Assembly: GCF_023055435.1 (NCBI RefSeq)
Contig: NW_025964112.1
Coordinates: forward strand, 41,664,001 to 41,728,000
DNA length: 64,000 nt
Origin: Haliotis rufescens
Lineage: Eukaryota
Direction of reading: 5' to 3'
Part shown: piece by piece, positions 24,718-37,876 of the stretch
Layout of the letters: the number at the start of each line of letters is the position of its first letter
Numbering within the stretch: position 1 is the stretch's first letter
The notes under the pieces: generated by a model
What the model saw: only the letters and a program-made list of their open reading frames with translations
The model's database searches: none
Told to the model about the DNA's origin: nothing
Position numbers and translations under genes: made by a program

Positions 24718-26010
24718 CTGAAAAGTAGGAAACGACAAAAATGAAGGAAAAGATAAAAGGACAAGTTATCTGCTGAAACACTGAATTTGTACATTATTTG
24801 AAACGAGAAAAAAATTCAAAGTGATTTGAAAGACAAGTTTTAACAGTGAACAACATGAATTTCACAGCTTTATCATAAATATTCAAGATACTTATTGAGC
24901 AATCACAAAGGATTCTCAGTAATAATACCAAATGTTTCTGACAACTGAAGTCTGAAAAGTCTGAAAAGTACATGGTACTAGGATTCTGAAAAGGAACAGT
25001 GGTCATTATTAGGAGAAGAAAATGTCAGTCTTGAACAGGACTGAAAGAAAGAAAAACTCACGCACATTAGAAAGAAAAAGAAAATATATTAAATATGGTG
25101 TACATAAACTGTGTACACTTGTAGAAAATTGCAAGAAAGAAATCAGGTTCTCAAAATATACAATTATAGATGCATTATTTCACATGAGTTTGCCAGCAGA
25201 AGACCAAAACAATAATATCTCTAAATATTTTGTTGTTGGAAGACTCTCATCAAGTCAGCAAGATGTATGATAATCACATAAATAATAACAAAATACCACT
25301 TGTACTCAGCTAATAAACACAAATTAATATAGTGGTGGCACAGTCACATTAAAAGTGTGTCATATCTACATGTAGTATCCTAGCAACTAGACATAATGAC
25401 CAATCAGAGCAAGGCTTTTAAAAGCAACATAATGCCATATGCATTTTTATACAGGATTTGCACAGCCTATGTGTTCTGATACACAAATCTGTATAGTTCA
25501 ATCTTTCCACAGAATTAGAATCCCCATTTGGCATCTGTTCATTAAAGACCTAAACGCTCCTTAAAATATATTGGGGTACCTTGTAAATCAATGTGTCCTA
25601 TCCACAAAGAGTTGTGTATCTCAATACTCATCACTGTACACTTAAATACCTACCACATATTGAGGGAAGGGGTGGGGCGGAGAAAATCAGAAGCAGGTTT
25701 GAAAAACAATTACTCAATTTGACACAGGACACAATAGAATGTTTACTTAATTTATGTTTTTCTTTTAAAAATATGTTTCATCACAATGCTCCGTTGAGGA
25801 CATGTGCAGAAGGAAAATTCCACTGTGACATGTACTACTCAAAGAAGTTGAAACACCAGATTCATATCATGACGGATTAACTATAGTCATATGAAAACAT
25901 TTGTGTTCTTTAATTTCTTTGAGTAGTACATTTAGACAATTGCTTTGGATGGGAATCTCCGCCCGAACCCCATCCCTATGATAAATATTGACGAGTCCCT
26001 CAGGACATAC

Positions 26011-26805
26011 CGTAGCAGAGGTCAGTTGTCCATACAGGAGGCAGATAACAAGTCCAGCCAGTCATTGCTGCTCCACAGCCTCACTTGGAGGCTCTTGTGG
26101 AAGCTCTTCAGCTGGTTCTTGAGGAACCTTGGTCACAGGTTCTTCTGCAACCTTTTTAGCTGGTTCTTGAGGAACCTCGGTCACAGGTTCTTCTGCAACC
26201 TGTTTAGCTGGTTCTTGAGGAAGCTCTTCAGCTGGTTCTTGAGGAAGCTCTTCAGCTGGTTCTTGAGGAACCTTGTTCACAGGTTCTTCTGCAACCTTTT
26301 CAGCTGGTTCTTGTGCAACCTTCTTAGCTGGTTCTTGAGGAACCTCTTTAACTGGTTCTTGAGGAAGCTCTTTAACTGGTTCTTGAGGAACCTTGTTCAC
26401 AGGTTCTTCTGCAACCTTTTCAGCTGGTTCTTGTGCAATCTTCTTAGCTGGTTCTTCTGCAACCTTCTTAGCTGGTTCTTCTGCAACCTTCTTAGCTGGT
26501 TCTTCTGCAACCTTCTTAGCTGGTTCTTGAGGAACCTCTTTAACTGGTTCTTGAGGAACCTCTTTAACTGGTTCTTGAGGAACCGCTTTAACTGGTTTCT
26601 GTGAAACTACTTTAGTAGGCGCTTGAGAGAGCTGTTTGGGTGGCTCCTCAGGAAGTTGTTTGGGAGATTGTTTGGGCACCTGTTTAGGAGCTCCAAGTTT
26701 GGGTTCTTGTAGTAATTGGGTTGGGGATTGAGGGGTGGGGGATTGAGGAGTGGGGGATTGAGGAGTGGGAGATTGAGGTGTGGGTTGGGAGGGTTGTGGA
26801 GCCAC
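26011..26805 (-). CDS. Lasp: Large PEVK-like exon: (PTPQS)n followed by about 21 8-aa [QE]EP[AV]KK[VL][AP]-type repeats, with an in-frame TGA at 26064-26062
   Basis: TTCTTGCTTACAG acceptor directly before the ORF's first codon (phase 0), 247 open codons, and an ACG|GTATGT donor at 26010. Length 795 nt is a multiple of 3. Confidence 0.75.
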
Positions 26806-29803
26806 CTGTAAGCAAGAAGCCTACAAGTATTAAGACTTGTGTTTTCTTGTATTCCATCTCCCATCAATTATTTTCTTGACTTTAACTTTATCACATCAAT
26901 TTGCTCTTCAAGGAACTCTAATCAATGACTTCGGAAAAATTGAGTTCACTTAAGATTTTCTTATTATACTATTGGTTGGTTACTGTTCATTGCTTAATGT
27001 TTTTCATTTCCTACATCTGTATCAAATATACAATAAGCAGACACATCAATATTAGTAGCAACCAATCAATATTCTGTTATTGTATTTCACAGATCTACTC
27101 AGATCTACCAAAACTACACATCATGCAACAGTGAAGAAGCGGATGTTTTTGTTAATGTTAGATACTTATTTTGAGCTAAATCCCCAGTAGGAATTGTCAA
27201 CCAAATTTTGTTTCCAATGAAGAATTTTTTAGGTCCAGTAATAGTTTCTGGAAGGCTTGTGATGGTACCGGGTCACTTTATAGAGTTCGAAATTAAGCAT
27301 GAAAGTCAAGGGGTCCTTGTCACAACTCTCATGTTAAAAGTTGAAGATTTAGAATCAAATACTATCGGAGCATACCTCAAGAATTCCACCGCCTTTATTT
27401 CAAACATTGTTTTACATATGTCCACTCCGACAGATCAAGTCACAATATCCCATTAAGTCTGGTTGCCAGGGATAACACACCAAGTTTGGTTTAAAACTAT
27501 ATTTTGGCATGTTCAAATAACAGCATTGATGGAGTATAATAACGAATCACAGGACTGTCGTCGAACTCCATCAATTTGATTCAATATATATTCTGATGCT
27601 ACCCTTAATCACTCCAAAATTAATAGGACAGTATATATTCCAGAGCACTGCAATTAAAAAATGGGCGAGTGTGGTTTTACGCTGCTCTTAACAATATTCC
27701 ACCCATATTACAATACAACTTACCGATCCCGCTAGTCGCCTCTTACAACAAACATTGTCGCCTTTTAAGGCAAGCATTAAGGATTTTGATGCAATGATGG
27801 GAATTTTTTTTATCTGAAACTATCTTATCAGGGATAATATATTCCTATATCGCGTAATTTCAGATGCAGCTTTTACTATGTTTCAGTGTTCAATGCAGGT
27901 TAATACAACAGAAGTGCTGACAACAGCAGGGAAACACATGAATCACAAACCAACTGACAATGCAGTAAGAAACAAATGTTAAAATTAACAAATAATCTCT
28001 ATTTTAAACTTCTGGAGTGAAGTATAGTCACTGATTCAGCAACCATGGAAAAATCACCATGAAATGTAAACCTAGACTTGCATAAGTCTCTGAAGAAATA
28101 TGTTTTAATTTAAATTATAATTCCTAAATAATACGAAAAAGTTGTCCCTTTAAAAGACTGGAAACATGTTTTTGTACTAGAATGGCAACCTTAGAACTGT
28201 TGACTTATCTAGACTTGTGTTTTATACATATAAGGATAGAATTACTGTCCATGCAGTTACAATTCAGTACAGCCTTAGAGCAAGGCTAATGAACACCTAT
28301 CAATTTATATCACAAAATCCTTCACTTCAGAAAGAAAAGAACACACATAAGCTTTTTTTTTCTTTCAAAGTATTATAAACAAAAGAAAGCACACAAACGT
28401 ATCCACAATTAATGCCATCAGTCATTTCTTTAGTGCTGGAAAACAACAAAGACTTGCTGGTAAGTGACGCCAAGAAAAAGGCATGGTGCCAAAATCACAC
28501 TGCACTTTGATGACGGCCATGATACACTGACAGTCAGACATCCCCAACATACATAACAAAAAAACATTAATAACCTTTCCAAAATAAGCAGTATTTCAGG
28601 TTGGCAATATCACTATTTATTACATGGCTAACAAGGGCTCGTTTGGCCAGATCTCACTGAAAAATCTGTAAACAAATGTAACCAAAATTCTGTAAATCAT
28701 TGTACAATAATTTCAGACTTAGGGATGCCATATCAGATTGTTCCAAAGATACACACAAACAACCACAAGTTAGTGAGTTATCGCCCGATGGTAGCGAAAT
28801 GTTGTTTTTTATCAGGCACCCACCAACTCTACCCCTTTGACCACAAACCATCATGCCCCAGCAAAGTGTGAAGCAAATCACAAGTCTTGGTCCGATGTTT
28901 TGAAACATTCAAGGCCTCAGCAAAGTTTTCAAAATGTTTTTTTGTAGACATGGGGAGGACATTTCCAAATCTGATGTATCAGTGACAAAAATGATGTTCA
29001 ATGCAATTCCCTTTTTCCATTACACCAAATGTTTCCATGTTGTTTTTTCAGGTGAATAATTGACTTGCCTTTGCATGTGTTTGTGATAGGAGTCACCAGT
29101 GAGGCAGGATACGCACACGTTTTTGCGAAAACCTGGTGTCATCACTATTTGATAGTGATTCATAAACATATGCTCGTGATAGAATTGTATAATGGAATCC
29201 ACTTTTAGACATTTCTTATTAATATGGAAAGGGTTTCAGTATTTTATTTGCAAGATGATTTTGTAAGAAGATATTTGTTATGTATTGGCAGCAAGATTCT
29301 TTCAAAGATTCCTGTAGTATGGCAATACATTTTTTTACATTCAGCATCAGTATCATCTCCGTGTTCGATGCTGTGTTTATTGCTCATCGCTGCAGGGACA
29401 CTGCATTCAAACAAGGTACAACACTAAGTGCTGACATCAGCAAATTAGGTTAAAAGAATGTAAAAACAAATCCTGAAAAAACAGTTTTCTGTCTCATGTT
29501 GCTGCCATGGAGTAAACAATTAACAAAACATTCACACCGCCTCCCAAATACCAATATTACCAGATCAGTTTTCAATTGCTGAATCAGTCATGAAAACGAG
29601 CTTTTCTCATTCAGTGTTTGAGAAAAGGGTTATTTACCCATGAAGTACAACCACCTCAATATACCCCACTGCAGTCAGATCCCTCCTATCAAGGCCACTC
29701 TTCACATAACAATGTTAGGGCATTGTTAATAACGCAACAACAATCAGAGAATGCAGCCCCAGCATGATGCCTGCACGATGCCAACAATGGTCGCCCATCC
29801 TAC

Positions 29804-29908
29804 CCCCTTCAGAATCTGTTTGTTCCCCTGGTGGCGCCTCATCTCCACAGTGTCGGCCACTTGAGTGTATTTGCTCTTGGACATCTCAAAGTCTTTGTGA
29901 TAGTCTAC
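29804..29908 (-). CDS. Lasp: Nebulin-repeat exon VDYHKDFEMSKSKYTQVADTVEMRRHQGNKQILKG
   Basis: 105 nt, CAG acceptor, GTAGGA donor, phase 0-0, YHxDFE...AD pattern. Confidence 0.93.
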
Positions 29909-30502
29909 CTGATAGGACGCATACAAGACGGTAGAAATTTTGCATTGCTTGTCATCTTAAATTCCTTTAATATTTGACAATATTTTGACGATTTTCAGAT
30001 ATAGAAACAAATTGTTTGCATAGTACTTTATGGATTACAAGTGAAAAATCCTTATTTCATTGATACAGTTTAGGAGTAAATTGTGGAGTGAGTGAGTGAG
30101 TTTGGTTCAACACTGTTTCAACAGTATTTCAGTTATAGCATGGCATGTCAGTGTGATGTGGGAGCAAGTCTAAATGACACAGCTCAAATACGTTCAGCAC
30201 TTGGGCGAGACCCACAAGCACAGGTATGGTGCTGACAAACCTAGGTTTCAGGGCAGATCAGGATTTGGGATTTGAACCCATGATCAGAATATCCTCCAAG
30301 CAACTCTTTACAGGGACCACTGTGCCACCCATGCTTCAAACTCCAGTCATGCTATTTGCATAAAAAATGGCATTTCAATATATTCTATTACTACTTACGG
30401 ATTAGAACTTGTCTTATAAACTTTTAACTCCAGAAATCTGTTTACATCAGCAGAAGACAGATAAATTATATTTTTGCGTCTAATTAACAGCAGTAATTAT
30501 AC

Positions 30503-30607
30503 CTCACTAGCCAGTTTCTGATTGGTCATACTTCGTTTGAAATCGAGGGCATCAGCTGGCATGTTCACAGACATCTTGCCCTTCTCAAATTCACTGTGGT
30601 ACTCCAC
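30503..30607 (-). CDS. Lasp: Nebulin-repeat exon VEYHSEFEKGKMSVNMPADALDFKRSMTNQKLASE
   Basis: 105 nt, TAG acceptor, GTATAA donor, phase 0-0. Confidence 0.92.
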
Positions 30608-30809
30608 CTATACAATAATAGCCACAAGATGCACCTGGATCATCGTCACTCCGATCGATCATCCATCCTCCAGTATCCAGGGTATTATATCTCCGCTCTA
30701 TTTGGCTTACAGGTTCAGACCAATTGGCAGTCCCAGCAAATTTTATCTTCATTTAAAGTCAATTAAAGTCATTCCAAACCCAAAATGTATGGCTGCACAC
30801 TCAAATGTC

Positions 30810-31054
30810 TGACTGTCTGTTTGTTGTTTAACGCCGCACTCAGCAATATTCCAGCTATATGACGGCGGTCTGTAAATAATTAAATCTGGACTAGACAATC
30901 CAGTGATTGACATCATGCGCATCGATCCACGCAATTGGGATCGATGACATGTATCAACCAAGTCAGCGAGTCTGACCACCTGATCCCGTTAGTGGCCTTT
31001 TACGACAAGCAAAGTCACCCCTTACAGCAAGCATGGGTTGCTGAAGACCGGGTT
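30810..31054 (-). mobile_element. Retroposon family B. Other minus-strand copies are at about 12024-12220, 18570-18740, 19037-19137, 27668-27780, 35586-35790, 37430-37520, 49690-49890, 50975-51150, 52376-52530, 60720-60860 and 60975-61170
   Basis: TSD ACACTCAAATGTC; shared core GTCTGGACCAGACAATCCAGTGATTGACATCATGAGC. Confidence 0.88.
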
Positions 31055-32584
31055 ACACTCAAATGTCAATAATCACCCTCAGACACTCCTAGTTTGACAC
31101 AAGTACAATGTCTGGATGTAGACCCAAAAATTGCACCAGATTGTGGAGCAAAGTCACCCTTTAATACCCTGGGCCGATTAGCTATGTTTTTGAGCCGATT
31201 TGCAATAACACGAGGCTAAAAATAGCCATCCAATCAAATCCCTATAAATGAGAGAAATTTTGCACTGTTAGAGAAATCCTGTGCTAATTTGTGCTAGAGA
31301 TAGGAGCGATGGAAGCTGTACTGCCGCTACAGAAGCAAAGATGGAATACCCCAGATAATGGAGGATGCTTCACTTGTCTTCAGAGCACAACCATTAAGAA
31401 CAGGACACATCAAGCATCTTTCCAAAATACTCTTACATCATGACAAATACTATTACATCATGATAAACATGATGTATATATGTAATCACAAAAAATCAAA
31501 TATGTAAATATACTTATATCAGCATCAATTTACAGATGGAAGATTTTAACATCATGAAGAAGATTATGTTTAAGAATGAGTCATTTAACTCGTAAGTTAA
31601 CCTACAAATAAGTCTATGAATTACAATGATACTCATTACATTTAAATCCGAAGTCCAGAAAACACAAGAATGCAAACTAGAACACATGCTCATATCAAGC
31701 GAAGAAAAGCGTACATCTTGGATGCGTAACTGCCACACAAAATTATTGGGGAAGAAGCCGAGCTTATGACATAAGTCTGTGTAGGCACATGTTATCTACA
31801 CTGTGAACCCGTAGAGATTCCATGCTGCCATTAAGAACATCTTAACGATCACAAAGATCAGTTCTAGCATTATATAACAGAATTATTGGACAAACATACA
31901 CAACTGAGAACACATGTTGAAGCATTTCAAACACTTATCCAAGATTGGCAGAATGATTTTGAAATTTTGAAATGACAATTCAATAAATAACAGCAATAAC
32001 AAAATAACAAATAATAATATAGAGTAAGTCAATCTACATCAACGACAGGACACTAATCACACCAGTCACGCTTTCAGGGATGAGAATCATTTCAGCTGAG
32101 TCAGGTTTCTAGGGGGATATCCCTACACAGTAATACATCTCATACAAATTATACCGTGATCTTAAAAGGTTCACTTCCAAACAAAAAGTCACTTTGAAAG
32201 AGTGAGCGAATGAGTTAGCAGAGGCAACAGTCCGCTTTAAGAAAAGTATCATCACAATGAATTCCTTGTCACAACATTTAGGGCAATTCTCAGTATTTTC
32301 TCAAAATATCAAATCTGATCTTGACCCTGGTCCAGGACCGACTATCCATGTGTATATGAGTGTATCACAGTCACACGTCTGTATGAGTTGAGTGAGTGAG
32401 TGAGTTACATTTTTCTGCATCAGTAATGTTACAGCATGGTCTGACAAAGTCCAGCATCAATGCCTGGCATTAATTGAACAACAACATACACACAAATCCT
32501 TTACACCTGCATGAACCTATTCACATTTACTTTTTGCAGTCAAATATCTCTGCTTGGTATCTCACTGGCTAACAACTACACTTC

Positions 32585-34537
32585 TTCAACAATTAGCTTC
32601 AGGGCAACCTGGATCTGATTGGTTAACAAGATAATACATTTCTCCAACAACTACCTTCAGGGCAACCTGGATCTGATTGGTTAACAAGATGATATATTCT
32701 CCAACAACTACCTTCAGGGAAACCTGGATCTGATTGGTTAACAAGATGATATATTCTCCAACAACTACCTTCAGGGAAACCTGGATCGGATTGGTTAACA
32801 AGATGATATATTCTCCAACAACTACCTTCAGGGAAACCTGGATCGGAATGGTTAACAAGATGATATATTCTCCAACAACTACCTTCAGGGCAACCTGGAT
32901 CTGATTGGTTAACAAGATGATATATTCTCCAACAACTACCTTCAGGGAAACCTGGATCGGATTGGTTAACAAGATGATATATTCTCCAACAACTACCTTC
33001 AGGGAAACCTGGATCGGAATGGTTAACAAGATGATATATTCTCCAACAACTACCTTCAGGGTGACCTGGATCTGATTGGTTAACAAGATGATATATTCTC
33101 CAACAACTACCTTCAGGGCAACCTGGATCTGATTGGTTAACAAGATAATACATTTATCCAACAACTACCATCAGGGCAACCTGGATCGGATTGGTTAACA
33201 AGATGATATATTCTCCAACAACTACCTTCAGGGCAACCTGGATCGGATTCGTTAACAAGATGATATATTCTCCAACAACTACCTTCAGGGTGACCTGGAT
33301 CTGATTGGTTAACAAGATGTTATATTCTCCAACAACTACCTTCAGGGCAACCTGGATCTGATTGGTTAACAAGATAATACATTTATCCAACAACTACCTT
33401 CAGGGCAACCTGGATCGGATTGGTTAACAAGATGATATATTCTCCAACAACTACCTTCAGGGTGACCTGGATCTGATTGGTTAACAAGATGATATATTCT
33501 CCAACAACTACCTTCAGGGAAACCTGGATCGGATTGGTTAACAAGATAATACATTTCTCCAACAACTACCTTCAGGGAAACCTGGATCGGATTGGTTAAC
33601 AAGATGATATATTCTCCAACAACTACCTTCAGGGAAACCTGGATCGGATTGGTTAACAAGATGATATATTTTCCAACAACTACCTTCAGGGTGACCTGCA
33701 TCTGATTGGTTAACAAGATGATATATTCTCCAACAACTACCTTCAGGGCAACCTGGATCTGATTGGTTAACAAGATAATACATTTATCCAACAACTACCT
33801 TCAGGGCAACCTGGATCGGATTGGTTAACAAGATGATATATTCTCCAACAACTACCTTCAGGGCAACCTGGATCGGATTCGTTAACAAGATGATATATTC
33901 TCCAACAACTACCTTCAGGGTGACCTGGATCTGATTGGTTAACAAGATGTTATATTCTCCAACAACTACCTTCAGGGCAACCTGGATCTGATTGGTTAAC
34001 AAGATAATACATTTATCCAACAACTACCTTCAGGGCAACCTGGATCGGATTGGTTAACAAGATGATATATTCTCCAACAACTACCTTCAGGGTGACCTGG
34101 ATCTGATTGGTTAACAAGATGATATATTTATCCAACAACTACCATCAGGGCAACCTGGATCTGATTGGTTAACAAGATGATATATTCTCCAACAACTACC
34201 TTCAGGGCAACCTGGATCGGATTGGTTAACAAGATGATATATTCTCCAACAACTACCTTCAGGGTGACCTGCATCTGATTGGTTAACAAGATGATATATT
34301 CTCCAACAACTTCCTTCAGGGTGACCTTGATCTGACTGGTCAACAAGATGATATATTCTCCAACAACTACATTCAGGGCGACCTGGATCTGTCTGGTCAA
34401 CAAGATGATATATTCTCCAACAACTACCTTCAGGGTGACCTGGATCTGACTGGTCAACAAGATGATATATTCTCCAACAACTACCTTCAGGGTGACCTGG
34501 ATCTGATTGGTTAACAAGATGATATATTCTCCAACAA
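32585..34537. repeat. 57-bp minisatellite with occasional 58-bp units, about 34 copies
   Basis: Unit CCAACAACTACCTTCAGGGCAACCTGGATCTGATTGGTTAACAAGATGATATATTCT; starts at 32644, 32701 and 32758. Confidence 0.96.
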
Positions 34538-35076
34538 TGCCATCCTGCCAGAAGAAGGTTCCAAGGGCAATCCTGGAGCCATTGGATATAACCTAATATA
34601 TATCCAATCATGCACATATATTCTCATCCCTGTATTAATGTTAATGACAACTGAGCTACATAACAGATTATTAATAATGGTGTTAAGACACAGAGTATAC
34701 ATGTTTAGTATGTGACCTACACTACCTTAAAAAGAACTTCTATCAAATGTTAGCAAACAAAATATATGAAAGGAAGGAAAGAAACAAATAAGTAACAAAG
34801 AAATCAGATTAACTCAAAATGAACAAACAAATATGTACCTCTTCTGAAAATAAAGATAAGTATTTCAAAAGAAAGATTTGAGCAAAAGATTCAAAATAGG
34901 TTCTGAAAGTCCAAAAGAAATCAAGTTTGACACAAAAATGCAAACAAAAGATTCAGGTTTTAATTTTCAAGATATGCACACGTAACAAAACTATTTGGCA
35001 ATCCAGGGTATTATGTGATGTCAGTCTGATGCGAGGGTTGGCTACATTCAATCACTTGCCGTATGTACGATCATAC

Positions 35077-35181
35077 CGCACTCAGAATTTTCTGATTAGA
35101 TTGGTGGCGCTTCATATCGGCAGAATCGGCAACTGTTGTGTATTGACTTTTCGTATGCTCAAAATCTTTGTGATATTCAAC
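35077..35181 (-). CDS. Lasp: Nebulin-repeat exon VEYHKDFEHTKSQYTTVADSADMKRHQSNQKILSA
   Basis: 105 nt, CAG acceptor, GTATGA donor, phase 0-0. Confidence 0.93.
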
Positions 35182-35836
35182 CTGTTAGATAAAATAAATA
35201 AAGGTTAACCATATTAACATAGGTGAACTAAGCATTAATAATTATTTAAGCAGGAAATAACTATGGGATAGTGGAAAGGGTTTACGAAACAAATATGGTT
35301 AAATCATTGAACAAAAGCATGGGAGAAGGATGTTAAGATATAACTACAGAACTATCACATTCTATTACCAACCATAATCAAATTCCTAAAAATGCAATAT
35401 CAGTTTGAAATACATACACTATTCACAAAGACATAATCTGAAGCTAAACTCCCTCAAAATAGTGAGAATTATTCCTTGAGAAATAATATTAGAATAATTG
35501 ACCAACAGGATTGACATCTGTGATGGCAATATTGCTTAACTGTGGGATAAGGGAAGTATCATTCAGTTTCCTTAAAATCTTTTGCTGTTTAATGCCACTC
35601 TTCAACAATATTCCAGCCATATGATGGCAGCATGTAAATAATGAAGTCTGGACCAGACAACCTAGAGATTGATATTATGAGCAACGATCCAAACATTGGG
35701 GTACGATGACTTGAATCATCCAGCTGAACCCGACCACTTGATCCATTTGGTCCCCTCTTACGTTGGTTCCCGGGGACCAATTCTAACTGCTAATCCCCAT
35801 GGGAATGTTGTATGGAGAAGTGAGATATGGCATTAC

Positions 35837-35941
35837 CCCACTGATGTTTTTCTGGTTGTCCTTATGGCGTTGCATCTCTAGAGGGTCGGCAACCACAGTA
35901 TAGTGAGATTTCTCCTTCTCAAAGTCACTGTGGTATCGAAC
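35837..35941 (-). CDS. Lasp: Nebulin-repeat exon VRYHSDFEKEKSHYTVVADPLEMQRHKDNQKNISG
   Basis: 105 nt, AAG acceptor, GTAATG donor, phase 0-0. Confidence 0.93.
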
Positions 35942-36280
35942 CTTTATAATACAAACATTCTAAAGTGAACAATCGGACCACAGAAACCACATTTATACAT
36001 GGATTCTTTGTACAGATATCTAATATGAACATGAGACCGATATGATAAAACTCCATATGTATACAAGGCATACAATCACCTATCTTCATGCATTTATTGG
36101 AAACGGATTAACAGGGTTGAAAAATCTTTGAATGATAGTCTGTCTTTCACATTTTAAGATAAAGAAACAATCCTGAAATATCTATCAATGTCTGTATCAT
36201 ATTTCTGAAGAATGCTTAACTATTTCAGTGGTTGATTGTACAGTGATCCCTCGCTATTGTGCTCTTCGATAAAGCCCTAC

Positions 36281-36382
36281 CTCGGTTACAACCGGCGGTA
36301 ACGCATGGCTCCCAAAATTTATGTACACTTTTAATACTGAGAGTTTTACACAGACATGATTGTATTGTTGTTCGTTGTTCAT
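36281..36382 (-). CDS. Candidate alternative first coding exon MNNEQQYNHVCVKLSVLKVYINFGSHALPPVVTE
   Basis: An ATG in CAAATG context opens 34 codons that end in phase 0 at GAG|GTAGGG, 340 nt upstream of exon 35837. It lies just downstream of a CpG/CCAAT-rich region. Confidence 0.35.
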
Positions 36383-36599
36383 TTGCACATAACGCTTCTC
36401 ATTGCATAATCAACCGTTTATCGCTGAATGGAGTTCTAATAATCTGTTTGAAAACATCAGCGGCAAGTCCCGGAAATACGATTGTTCTACTAATTAACTT
36501 TTCACACTATACATCCTTTGATCTTAGAAGCGCATGCATGCAATAAAAGAGAACCACAAGCGAAGTTTATATTCTTAATTAGTGGGCAATCCAATTTGA

Positions 36600-37140
36600 G
36601 GTGACACTGTCAAAACACATGTAGTTGCTGTCACAATACGGCGGTCATTCCTTTTGATTCGGATCAAGTAACTGTATCAAATCAATTAATCTGTCTTGAA
36701 TGTGTATCTATATTTGTATGAATGTGTATAAATGCGCGTAGTGCTGGTCAAAACTCTCGTTTTCCGTATTTTAAGCAACATGACCAATCAATGCCACTGA
36801 AACACTCTGTACTTGTGTAATGGATTGTGATTGGCTCTTCACTCATAGCGTCTGTTACTACCATTATCGATCGATATTTTCATGTAAGTAGACTACATTC
36901 ACATTGAATGTGACAGTTAAGGCTTGTAAATAATAACAAACGGCGAAAACATAATGGATATATATTTTTACACTATGAACGGTAAACAACTTGTATCATT
37001 GCAATGTTCGAGACAAGGCGAAGATCGTGAGATTGGTCGAGCGCGCTCCCCCGCCTCGGCCTCGGTTAAAAGGCTCATCGTCTATAACGCCCACCAATTA
37101 TTTGGACCCCATTGGAAGCATTGTAGCGAGGGACCACTGT
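36600..37140. promoter_or_regulatory. CpG-enriched region with several CCAAT/ATTGG boxes and a GC box; possible internal promoter
   Basis: CCAAT near 36784 and 37095, ATTGG near 36830 and 37032, and GAGCGCGCTCCCCCGCC near 37040-37056. CpG density is visibly above the flanks. Confidence 0.4.
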
Positions 37141-37876
37141 ATATTCAAATTGACTCCTGTGAATTCTATTGTCCCAGTAATAATTCCATGTGCCCATATT
37201 GCATACTGACATATGTACCTTTCATACACTATTACAATCTACACATAGACACATCTTATTAGATATTAGTAATTTGTGTCACTACTACATAAACATGCAT
37301 GCTTACAATGGCTAGTAGCTGAGGAGACCTTGGTAAATGACCCTTATATAAACATTCCGCTCATATTAATAAATATTCTTTCATTTATGGCTCAAAATGT
37401 ACCACCAGTATTTTGTTCGGTTACATGCTCAGAAATATTCCAGCATCATGACAGTGGACTGTAAATAATCCAGTCTGGGCAAGACAGACCAGTGACTGAT
37501 ATTATGAGCAACAATCCATGCCATCATCTCATAAAATCTAGAATTCTGTGCTTGTAAAAACTTAGTTGCATTAGTATAAGCTTCAATTACTGTCTCGCAT
37601 ATCTGTTATGAGATGAAAACATGAATAAGTTTTCAATCCCCATTTATAAGTGCTTGGCCAAGAACATAAACAGATATTTTTCATCCATGTAATTTCTGAC
37701 ATATTTCATCTAATTTACTCCGATCAGTCATATAATGATAAATATTGACCTTCCCTTTCAACATGAGTCACAGATTACTGAGCAATATCAGCACAAATTC
37801 CCCATGCTGAGTGACAAAAGCATTACAGATTACTTATAACAGGGACAAAATGCCCTGTTCATGCATTTTAATACAG

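Noticed and set aside
25945-26604. 219-aa plus-strand ORF (FSWFLRNL repeats)
   Set aside because: It is the antisense shadow of the 24-nt coding repeat of the PEVK-like exon.
32585-34537. CRISPR-like look of the long regular arrays (also 21537-23085 and 5295-6256)
   Set aside because: The units are contiguous with no unique spacers, there are no cas genes, and the context is a eukaryotic intron. They are minisatellites.
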